Shown one piece after another: positions 1 through 8,070 of a stretch of 45,668 nucleotides of DNA (position 1 is its first letter; each line of letters starts with the position of its first letter). Location: contig JACRPH010000006.1 in NCBI GenBank assembly GCA_016214025.1, forward strand, positions 1 to 45,668, written 5' to 3'. The notes beneath the pieces are model-generated. The model ran no database searches. It worked only from the letters and a program-made list of their open reading frames with translations, and was not told where the DNA came from. Source of the stretch: Candidatus Woesearchaeota archaeon. GTDB lineage: Archaea > Nanobdellota > Nanobdellia > Woesearchaeales > GW2011-AR9. The position numbers and the translations under genes were made by a program.

Positions 1-63
1 GATTACTACTCCTACCGTAAACGAATACGCAATCAGCTTATTCGTTACTGATTTTCCTACCAT
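1..63 (-). CDS. 5' end of a probable membrane/secreted protein, runs off the window (MVGKSVTNKLIAYSFTVGVVI...)
   Basis: Manual translation. ATG at 63 is preceded by a strong GGAGGTGG Shine-Dalgarno (complement ccacctcc at ~71-78). Hydrophobic N-terminus. Confidence 0.6.
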   Translation of the reverse strand, partial: MVGKSVTNKLIAYSFTVGVVI

Positions 64-352
64 TTTATATCCACCTCCCTTGGTTTAAATTATTATATTT
101 CCTCTTAAAACAGCTGGTGTTTAAAAAGTTTTCTTTTATCTGGGTCTGATTTTTAATTCCGTGAAAAGAGGTCAATTTTTGAAAATAATGAATGATTTCT
201 CATGGAACTTTCATATACCAAGAAAAAAAATACAAAATTTAACATTTTTTTTTCTTAAACCACTTCATTAACTATCTTAAACTCAAAATTCACTTAATTT
301 CTTCCATTCTTTCATGGCTCTCGCTAGTTTATTTTTGTTAAATTGAGAAAAT

Positions 353-1765
353 TTAACCGTCGAATAAACCCAGCACGGCAAATATCTGTGCTAAATCAAA
401 CACAGTAAACTTTCTGAAATATTTTTTTCCTTCTTGCTTTGCTCTTTTCCTTTTTAGCAATGCCGAGAAACTAAGCAAACTTTTCCTACCCTTCTTCCTA
501 AATTTCTTCAGGGTTGATCCAAAAAATCCCTCTAATTTGTTATTTGTGAGAATTTCCCCTTCTGAAGCTATAAAATATTCAAAATTTTCTTTGATTCTTT
601 CAATTCTCTTTCGTAATTCTTTAGGAAATAGAGCTATTTCCCCATAAATTCTAGCAAAAATTTTCTTTGCAGATTCAGTTGATCTTATTGGTAGGGTTTC
701 TTTACGTCTTCTTCTAATGTTCTTCTTATCGTGCAGGATTCTTCTGAACGATTTCATCAGTTTCTTTTCCATAATCTCAATCATTTCTTGCTTTTGTTTT
801 TCAACTGTTTTGCAATTAATCTTGTATTTATGGACGTAAAACTTAACTTTCTCAATAGTTAAGTTTGCTTTAAATTGTTTGAAGTGTTCCATCAATTTCT
901 TCAATCTTTTCAGTTCAAAGTTACGATTGTAGAATATATTAAACAACAAGTACAGGTTATAGTAATCCATTAAACTCCATTTCACTTTCTTACCAACTTT
1001 AAGGCTTTCCTGGTATTCTTTTAATATCAGTTTGTTAAGATGAAATACACAAAACTGTAACTTTATTTTTCTTCCAAAAACCTCTTTAAATGCACTTGGA
1101 TACTCAAGTCTCATGTCGACTACAAATCCTTTGGGTATTTTATCACCGAATACTTCAGCAAGTATTTGCTTCAAAATTTTCTTGGAAAAATGGTAATGAA
1201 TTTTCTCATAGATTATCTTATTTTCTTTCAAATCAAAAAAGACTAATCGATATGCTCTTTTACCATCAATTGTGAGATACTGTTCGTCATAACCATAAAA
1301 GTGGTCTTTGATTTCATATTCGAATTCAATATTTTCAAACTCATCGTTAGATTTATCCACAATCTTGTGGATTGTGCTCTTAGAAATTTTAATACTCATC
1401 GTTTTTTTTAGATGGTTAACAATCTCTTCCTCAGATAATTGCTCTGAGAGGCTCAATACTTGAGATACAATGAATTGATTCAAAGAACCAATAATTCCAT
1501 CAAGCCATTCATTCTCTACTTGGATAGTTTTATCACAAATAGAGCAATACTGTTGCCCTTTCCGGAAGAAAGCATTGCTACTTTTACTCAAAATGTGTTT
1601 GCCCTTATTTGAGGAACCATTGTAATTACACACTTTTTCACAAGTACAACAGTTTGTTCTTGTAGTATGAACAATACCTGTATGTGAAATTATCACTTTA
1701 TTAGAAAACAAACCTGCTATTTCAAAAGCAGAAAAATTTATTAAGTTTGGATGAATTGCTTTCAT
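353..1765 (-). CDS. DDE transposase with CxxH motif (MULE/IS256-like fold; IS family uncertain)
   Basis: N-terminal Cys-rich zinc ribbon, HTH, YGYDEQY (D), VVDM (D), QFCVFH (CxxH), TNNKLEGFF (E). Confidence 0.85.
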   Translation of the reverse strand: MKAIHPNLINFSAFEIAGLFSNKVIISHTGIVHTTRTNCCTCEKVCNYNGSSNKGKHILSKSSNAFFRKGQQYCSICDKTIQVENEWLDGIIGSLNQFIVSQVLSLSEQLSEEEIVNHLKKTMSIKISKSTIHKIVDKSNDEFENIEFEYEIKDHFYGYDEQYLTIDGKRAYRLVFFDLKENKIIYEKIHYHFSKKILKQILAEVFGDKIPKGFVVDMRLEYPSAFKEVFGRKIKLQFCVFHLNKLILKEYQESLKVGKKVKWSLMDYYNLYLLFNIFYNRNFELKRLKKLMEHFKQFKANLTIEKVKFYVHKYKINCKTVEKQKQEMIEIMEKKLMKSFRRILHDKKNIRRRRKETLPIRSTESAKKIFARIYGEIALFPKELRKRIERIKENFEYFIASEGEILTNNKLEGFFGSTLKKFRKKGRKSLLSFSALLKRKRAKQEGKKYFRKFTVFDLAQIFAVLGLFDG

Positions 1766-1774
1766 TGTGTAAAT

Positions 1775-1821
1775 ACCTCTTTTTTGTCGTTATTGTTTAA
1801 CTTTAGCGACGAAGAAGAGGT
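1775..1821. promoter_or_regulatory. Inverted repeat overlapping the transposase Shine-Dalgarno, next to a TATA box
   Basis: Arms 1776-1792 and 1804-1820 match 14/17. One arm contains the GAGG SD. A minus-strand TATATAAA lies at ~1821-1828. Confidence 0.6.
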
Positions 1822-1985
1822 TTATATATTTTTCGTTTTCGACGACAAACAGTAAAAAAATATTTTAAGTTCCACCAGAAATAAGGGCTAATATTTGGTT
1901 AATTTCAGAATACCCCATCACGGAGCTTTAAATCAGACCCTTTTCTCCCAAAAGTTTATAAGCCAGCGTTTACTTTAGAGGCACT

Positions 1986-2294
1986 ATGGGAATTTTATTC
2001 AAGACTTACAACAGCCAGCACCAGCTGCATGTGTGCCGGGAAGTATGGCAGGTGGAAAATAAAGTACAATTAGAAGAGGCCCTAAGCATATTTCCCAAGA
2101 AGGAAGTAGCTAAAGCTAAGATAACCCCCACCGAAAAAGCCATTGAAATTGAGCTAAACACTTTAATCGTTCCTTGCCGGGACTTGGATGACTTAAAGAA
2201 AAAGTTTGGAATTCTGGCTGATTTGAAGATGAAATATCAGAAATTAGTTCCGCAGGTGCCGGCACAAAAGCCGAAGCCCGAGCAGAAGAAGTAA
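1986..2294 (+). CDS. Hypothetical protein
   Basis: 102-aa ORF with upstream TTTATAA and GAGG. No recognised motif. Confidence 0.7.
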   Translation: MGILFKTYNSQHQLHVCREVWQVENKVQLEEALSIFPKKEVAKAKITPTEKAIEIELNTLIVPCRDLDDLKKKFGILADLKMKYQKLVPQVPAQKPKPEQKK

Positions 2295-2314
2295 AAACAA
2301 TAATTTTGATTTGT

Positions 2315-3202
2315 TTATCTTTTCTTTAACGCTTCTACTATCAGGGGAGTAACGTCAATTCTGTTGCTGGGATGCTCAATGCAATTTGTGGTTACCACTC
2401 CGTTAACTCCGGCTTTCCTTAGCTTATCCAGAGCATTTTCTACCAATAATCCGTGTACGCCTAAAGCATAAATATTTTTGGCGCCTTTCTTCTTCGCATC
2501 TTTAGCTGCTTCAGCAATAGTATGCCCGGTACTGATAATGTCATCCACAATTATCACATTTCTATCTTGGATTATTACCGGATGGATCATCTTAACTTCT
2601 ACATGCCGGGAGGAAAAGCGAGTTTTCTTTAGCACCGTAGCCTGGACGTTGATGTGTTTAGCAATATCTTCAGCCCATTGGAATGATTCCCAATCCGGAC
2701 CGATAATTACTTCTTTAGAGAAATGCTTCTTAATGTATTCTGCAATCAACGGATTGGCGCTAAGCTTAATCGCCGGAATCTTAAAAATCTCTTTAAGCGA
2801 TTTGTAGCGGTGCAAATGCGGGTCGATGGTTATCAACTTATCAATGGAATTGTTGAGCAGTTTAGCCATCACCCGGCTGGAAATGCATTCTCCGGCATTG
2901 AAGCGCTTATCCTGCCGCATATAGCCTAAATATGGTGCGACTAAAGTTACTTTCTTTGCGCCTAAGTCTTTGGCTGTTTCCGCCGCGAATACGACATCAA
3001 ATAACGATTGATCAGGATGCGGCTGGAATGATTGGACGAGAACTACTTCGTGTCCTTTTACATCGCAGTTGAACTTGAGGTATAAATCGCCATCGGGAAA
3101 GGAAGCGATAGTTAATGGAGAGAACTTGGCGTTAAGTTTTTTAGCTAGTTTTTGGGCTATTTGGGCGGAATTTCCGCAGGTAGTTATTATCATGTTGGGC
3201 AC
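2315..3202 (-). CDS. prs: Ribose-phosphate pyrophosphokinase (PRPP synthase)
   Basis: FPDGD, APYLGYMRQDKRF, IDPH, and PRT motif IIVDDIISTGHT. Confidence 0.95.
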   Translation of the reverse strand: MPNMIITTCGNSAQIAQKLAKKLNAKFSPLTIASFPDGDLYLKFNCDVKGHEVVLVQSFQPHPDQSLFDVVFAAETAKDLGAKKVTLVAPYLGYMRQDKRFNAGECISSRVMAKLLNNSIDKLITIDPHLHRYKSLKEIFKIPAIKLSANPLIAEYIKKHFSKEVIIGPDWESFQWAEDIAKHINVQATVLKKTRFSSRHVEVKMIHPVIIQDRNVIIVDDIISTGHTIAEAAKDAKKKGAKNIYALGVHGLLVENALDKLRKAGVNGVVTTNCIEHPSNRIDVTPLIVEALKKR

Positions 3203-3264
3203 CTCTTTTTAATGAGCAAAATAAGAAAACTTTATAAAGCCTTTGCTTATTTTCCAGAAACATA

Positions 3265-3372
3265 ATGAAACGAAGCTCACGCCGCTGGAAGAAAAAAGGC
3301 CAGATGCGCTGGAAATGGCAGCGCAAGAAGATAAAGAAAGCCAAGCGCAGAAGAAAGCTCCAGGCAACTTAA
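3265..3372 (+). CDS. rpl41e: Ribosomal protein eL41 (eS32), extended archaeal form; absent from the ORF track
   Basis: Manual translation MKRSSRRWKKKGQMRWKWQRKKIKKAKRRRKLQAT contains the MRWKW..K core. TTTATAAA lies upstream. Confidence 0.88.
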   Translation: MKRSSRRWKKKGQMRWKWQRKKIKKAKRRRKLQAT

Positions 3373-3528
3373 GTTAGTTCTTAGAATGTTTTTAGGTTAT
3401 GATTCTTTTAATTGTAACTTTTAATCTTTACCTTTTCTCTTAAATATTTTAATCCTTGCCAACATCAAAACAGTACAACTTCTCAGTTCTCAACAACCTT
3501 TAAATAGGAGTTGGATTTCGCTCAGCAG

Positions 3529-3753
3529 ATGAAGCTCAAGATTTATACTACGGAAATTTGCCCTGAATGCAAGGTAGTTAAGAGCTACTTAAAGGCGATG
3601 AATATTGACTTTGACGAAGTTTTGGTTAACACTCCTGAACTGGTAGAACACGTTATCAGCTTAACCGGTCAGCGCAGAGTTCCGGTGATCCAGACTGACA
3701 GCGATGTGATTGTTGGGTTTAATCAGGATAAGATTAAGTCATTGGCGTATTGA
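3529..3753 (+). CDS. Glutaredoxin / NrdH-like redoxin
   Basis: KIYTTEICPEC (CxxC), TGQRRVPVI, IVGFN. ATG at 3529 preferred over TTG at 3511. Confidence 0.9.
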   Translation: MKLKIYTTEICPECKVVKSYLKAMNIDFDEVLVNTPELVEHVISLTGQRRVPVIQTDSDVIVGFNQDKIKSLAY

Positions 3754-3787
3754 TTGTTTTTAGTTTCTTCTTTACCTTTTTTTATCT

Positions 3788-6700
3788 TTACCTTCTCATC
3801 ACAATCAAAGCATAAATTGCTAATAGAAATATCAATATTCCTCCTAAGATATACAGCGCCTTTTCCCGCTTACTCACTTCACTGGCTTTTAGATCAGTAG
3901 TCCAGTTTACCGGAGTGATGTTTTTCTGCACCGCTTCTACCGGAGCAGCTGGAACCGCAGCCGTGCTTACGGTATTTGCTGCACTCTTAGGCGTTTCTGC
4001 TGGTTTGGCTGGTGTTGGTGCAGGAGTTGTCGTAGTGGTATTTACTACACAAGCGCTGCACGAGCCGCCGCAATCAACCTCACTTTCATCTCCATTCTTA
4101 GTTCCATCCGAACAAGAGATTACCGTAAAATTGTAAGTGTAATTTTTAGCATGAGTGGTAGTAAAGTTATCCATCGCTTCAAGGGTGAATGAATTACTTC
4201 CGGCACTTTTATAATACAGCTTAACTGAAGACAAATTAGAATAATCAAACAAAGTAGCATTGACTAATTGGGTTTTATCTTTGCCCAGATGCACCGTAGA
4301 AGAATAACTGACTGAAGTAATGGTGGGGGCTTGAGTGTCATTTACAACAACCGATAAATTTAGAATTACTGAAGTGGAATTATTTGAAATATTTAACGTA
4401 ACATTATAATTTCCCGTAACATTATATTGTTTGTTAATGGATAAGCTGGTTGCATTAGTTCCATCACCAAAGCCCCATAAATAAGTTAAGTTTCCAGTAA
4501 TATTGGTAGTGGCATTAAATAAGGTTGTATTTCCTACTTCTATAACTGTTTCATTAGTTCGCGGGGAAGTAATATTGTTAATCAATGAAGTTAGGTCTGA
4601 AGTAGTGTTAGTCGCATTAACAAAAATTACGCTTACATTTAAAATTCCTGATGAATTAACATTTCCAGCCAAATCATACGCATAGGCTTGGTAGTAAAGT
4701 GTAGTATTTGCGCTAAAAGTGTTAGCCATCAGAGTGTAATTGAATAAGCTGTCATTCTGTTGGCTCATGGAATAATTGCTCCAGTTGCCGCTATAATTCA
4801 AGCTGAATATTACTCCGGAAGAATTCAAATTCAAATCGCTTACATTGGCTCGGAAAGTGATGCTTTCATTGGTGTACAATGTTGCAGAGGTACAATTTAT
4901 ATTTAAAATCGAAGGAACAATAGTATCTATCATTATTTTATACTGCGTACTGCTATTTCCCCCTAAAGTATCGCTGGCAACAATGCTTAAAGTATAATTG
5001 CCATCACCTAAGCTGTTGTTCTGCTCTGGGGGAAGAGCACTAATTCCAAACGGATTTCCAGCAACAATTATCTGATGACTAAGGGAATAATTGGCGACGT
5101 TTAAACTTCCGCTGGAATTACTTAATACATTTAGTCCAGAACTGTTAGTAAAGTTATAAGTTAAAGATGAAATATTGGCTAGGCTGGAATTGGTTGAGTT
5201 TAAAGAGATATTTAATGCGAATGAAGCCCGATGGTAAGTATTATTTGCAGGAGAAGCGATTGTAAGCTGTATTGGTGTAGGAATAGATGTGGTGGTATAA
5301 TTAATGGTTACGGCTCTGGTTTCAGTGTATGCTTCAGTTAAGCTGTCATTTCCGTAAACGCGATAAGTGTAAGTGCCGCTATTTAATCCGGTTAAGTTGT
5401 AATAAAAGTTGGTGGAAGAATAATTAGTGAGAGTGTAATTGAAAGTGGTTGCATTGGCATTAGTCCAATCTAATCTAGCAGAAGATAATGGCACATCTGA
5501 AGTAACATTTATCCACAAACTATTTACGGAGATAACACTTCCATTAGCACTCATGCTGGAAGTAAAATTAATAATTGGCTTTACCGCAGCGAACACATCT
5601 ATCCTGGAAAAATTCAATCCTGAGCCCGTATCACTAATTACTTTTCCGGTTGCAGAGAACTTGCTTAATATTTGTGCGGGAGTTGGATTTGTTCCATACA
5701 CTGCTTTCCAATATTCTCTGAATAAAGCAGCAGCTCCCGCAGCATGAGGAGTAGCCATAGAAGTTCCGCTTAATGAAATCCAGCCCCCGTTAAGCGTAGT
5801 AGAATCAATGCCGGTTCCAGGCACCAGTAATTTCAGCAGGCTTCCTCGATTATATATTATGGCCTCATTTCCATCTGCTGCTCCTATAGGTATAGCATAT
5901 TGCACACAGGCAGGATTAGATATCCCGTCAGTCCATCCTGAATTTCCTGATGCGATGAACACGGATATATTTTTGGTGTAAGCTGCTGCTACTGCACTAG
6001 CAGTTAAATCTCCAGTGCAGTAACTCTGATAATGTACACAACTACTTCCGCTGCATCCTAAACTCATGCTGATAATGGAGATATTATATTTATTGGCATT
6101 CTGCACACACCAATCCATTCCGGCTACTACATCTGAAGAATGGCCTCCGCCGGCTGCACTTAATGCTTTAACTCCAATTAAATTTGCACCAGGAGCTACA
6201 CCCCGATAAGTATTGTTAGTGGAAGCAGCAATTCCAGCTACATGGGTCCCATGTCCATGGTCGTCTTTAGGATCAGCGTCGTTATTGTAAGTGTCCCATC
6301 CCCCAATGACTTTAGAACAGGAACTCCAATTCATAGTCGTATTAGTAGTGCCGTTAATCACTTGGTCAATATAAAATCCATAATCCGTAACTGAGCTATC
6401 GCTGACTAAGCGCACGTAAATTGTATCTCCAATTCCATGCGGAGTCCAGACATCAGTATCACTTTCTTTGTAGATAGCTAGAGTATTGTTGTTTTGGTCG
6501 TAAATGTAAATTCTATCCGTTGTATCTCCTCCGCTAGGCATGGCTTCCAGAGAGAAGTTAGCAAAGTGAACGGCTATGTTAGTATATCCGGATAAATTAA
6601 TCTTCCAGGTGTAATCCATGCTGTCATTATAGGGATGAGCAGATTCTACCGGTGTGGATAAATTAGCTACCGTTCCGCTTAATTGATAGGTTACCGGAGC

Positions 6701-7456
6701 GCATCCGCCTAACGCTGGATGAGTATAATCTATTCCGGTATCTACGATGCAGATAGTTTCACCAGAGCCGTCAATGGAATTGTTGTTTACGGAAAGGTTC
6801 CATACTAAAGTTGCGTTTATTCTGGGGACACTTTGGTCCAAGCTAACTTCAACTGGATAATCTAACAGAATCTGTTTGACTTTGTCGCTATTAACTAGCT
6901 CTGCTAGTGCTTCGGCAGTTTTTACTTCTCCAGCAAAAGCATTTACCGTGGAGAATTCTTGGGTAACTTCAAAATCGGCTTCCTGCTCCTGCATCTGGAT
7001 GATTTCACTTTCAGGTAAGGCTTCCTGAGCGATTCCTATGTTTAATTCTTCTTCTGAAGCAGTCCCTTCGGTGGTAATTATTTCCGGCTTTTCTTCCGGG
7101 GTTAACACTTCGACTTTGCTTTCCAGCTCAGCAATTACTTCCTGCTGTACTTCTTGGATGGCATCTTTACGCTGTTCTAAGTCAGCCGAAGTAGTTCCTA
7201 TGGTATCTTCTAATACGATTATAATTTTTGGCTCATTGTTTCCGGAGCGTATTTCCTGCACTAATTCTGGAGATAGTTTTTCGGTGCTGACTTTAGTTCC
7301 GCCTTCAAATACAACGTAGCCGGTTAAAGAATTATCTTCGTAATTGTTAACATAATCAGAATAGAACGCATAACCAAATAAAGCGCTAACTAGCAGGAAA
7401 CCTACCAGTATCTTCACATGCACCCAATTAACTTCGTCATCCATCTCTTTTTTCAA
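3788..7456 (-). CDS. S8 subtilisin-like surface protease with CUB-like insertion, Ig/PKD repeats, Cys-rich motif and C-terminal TM anchor
   Basis: Catalytic motifs VDTGIDYTHP, HGHGTHVAG, SGTSMATPH. PKD motif YLWGFGDG. Many N-x-S/T sequons. Hydrophobic segments at both termini. Confidence 0.92.
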   Translation of the reverse strand: MKKEMDDEVNWVHVKILVGFLLVSALFGYAFYSDYVNNYEDNSLTGYVVFEGGTKVSTEKLSPELVQEIRSGNNEPKIIIVLEDTIGTTSADLEQRKDAIQEVQQEVIAELESKVEVLTPEEKPEIITTEGTASEEELNIGIAQEALPESEIIQMQEQEADFEVTQEFSTVNAFAGEVKTAEALAELVNSDKVKQILLDYPVEVSLDQSVPRINATLVWNLSVNNNSIDGSGETICIVDTGIDYTHPALGGCAPVTYQLSGTVANLSTPVESAHPYNDSMDYTWKINLSGYTNIAVHFANFSLEAMPSGGDTTDRIYIYDQNNNTLAIYKESDTDVWTPHGIGDTIYVRLVSDSSVTDYGFYIDQVINGTTNTTMNWSSCSKVIGGWDTYNNDADPKDDHGHGTHVAGIAASTNNTYRGVAPGANLIGVKALSAAGGGHSSDVVAGMDWCVQNANKYNISIISMSLGCSGSSCVHYQSYCTGDLTASAVAAAYTKNISVFIASGNSGWTDGISNPACVQYAIPIGAADGNEAIIYNRGSLLKLLVPGTGIDSTTLNGGWISLSGTSMATPHAAGAAALFREYWKAVYGTNPTPAQILSKFSATGKVISDTGSGLNFSRIDVFAAVKPIINFTSSMSANGSVISVNSLWINVTSDVPLSSARLDWTNANATTFNYTLTNYSSTNFYYNLTGLNSGTYTYRVYGNDSLTEAYTETRAVTINYTTTSIPTPIQLTIASPANNTYHRASFALNISLNSTNSSLANISSLTYNFTNSSGLNVLSNSSGSLNVANYSLSHQIIVAGNPFGISALPPEQNNSLGDGNYTLSIVASDTLGGNSSTQYKIMIDTIVPSILNINCTSATLYTNESITFRANVSDLNLNSSGVIFSLNYSGNWSNYSMSQQNDSLFNYTLMANTFSANTTLYYQAYAYDLAGNVNSSGILNVSVIFVNATNTTSDLTSLINNITSPRTNETVIEVGNTTLFNATTNITGNLTYLWGFGDGTNATSLSINKQYNVTGNYNVTLNISNNSTSVILNLSVVVNDTQAPTITSVSYSSTVHLGKDKTQLVNATLFDYSNLSSVKLYYKSAGSNSFTLEAMDNFTTTHAKNYTYNFTVISCSDGTKNGDESEVDCGGSCSACVVNTTTTTPAPTPAKPAETPKSAANTVSTAAVPAAPVEAVQKNITPVNWTTDLKASEVSKREKALYILGGILIFLLAIYALIVMRR

Positions 7457-8070
7457 GAACAGGGAAAGAGGATAGGTATATAAAGGTTTGCGGGGGGTTT
7501 GCCACTATTTTTAATTAAATCCTGAACTAGAAACCAGTATAAGAACAATTCTTTCTCTATCTTTTGATGGTCGCAAAACTTCTTATTCACTATACCCCAA
7601 AACTTTTCGTTGTGCTTTCTTTCTTTTAGATGCATAACTTCATGATAAACAACATAATCAATTAATCTGTCTGGCAAATATTTTAGAAGAGTATTTATCG
7701 TTAAATTTTTTTGTGAACTACAACTAGCCCACTTAGAACTCATATTTCTAAAATTGACACCATTAATATTTAAATCGCATTCTAATAAAAAAAGATTGAC
7801 TTTATTCTTAACAATTTCTTTAAATTCTTCGGCAGTTCTATCCATTACTAACTTTTTATCTTTACTTTCTTTTAAAGAGGAGATAATTTCTGAGTTCTTT
7901 CTGTAAATCCAATTCTTATGCTTGTCAATCACCTCTTTATGATCTTTTGTGTTTTTTGGGAGAACAAGTAATAAATTTCCAGTTCTAAACTCTAAACGAG
8001 GATATCTAATATCTCTATAATCAACATCATATTCTACCTCCAAATCATAAATATTAATTTTCTTGTGCAT
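7453..8070 (-). CDS. YgjP/M48-like (DUF45) metal-dependent hydrolase
   Basis: KWASCS, YVVYHEVMHLKERKHNEKFW (HExxH...H..FW). Typical neighbour downstream of hsdR. Confidence 0.88.
   Translation of the reverse strand: MHKKINIYDLEVEYDVDYRDIRYPRLEFRTGNLLLVLPKNTKDHKEVIDKHKNWIYRKNSEIISSLKESKDKKLVMDRTAEEFKEIVKNKVNLFLLECDLNINGVNFRNMSSKWASCSSQKNLTINTLLKYLPDRLIDYVVYHEVMHLKERKHNEKFWGIVNKKFCDHQKIEKELFLYWFLVQDLIKNSGKPPANLYIPILFPCS

Larger units (their letters stand above)
142..1940 (-). mobile_element. Insertion sequence (~1.8 kb) with 23-bp imperfect terminal inverted repeats
   Basis: Left end 142-164 GGGTCTGATTTTTAATTCCGTGA vs reverse complement of 1918-1940 GGGTCTGATTTAAAGCTCCGTGA (19/23). It encloses a single transposase ORF and is AT-rich. 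No exact target-site duplication is visible. Confidence 0.85.

Noticed and set aside
3141-3344. 67-aa minus-strand ORF
   Set aside because: Antisense to eL41 and overlapping prs. Its Phe-rich composition is explained by the Lys codons opposite.
4050-4125. DCGGSCSAC motif in both S8 proteases (also ~17335-17405) resembling the CxxCGGxC peptide cores
   Set aside because: It is part of the extracellular C-x-D-G-x-x-N-G-x-E-x-x-x-D-C-G-G disulfide module of large surface proteins, with different spacing and context.
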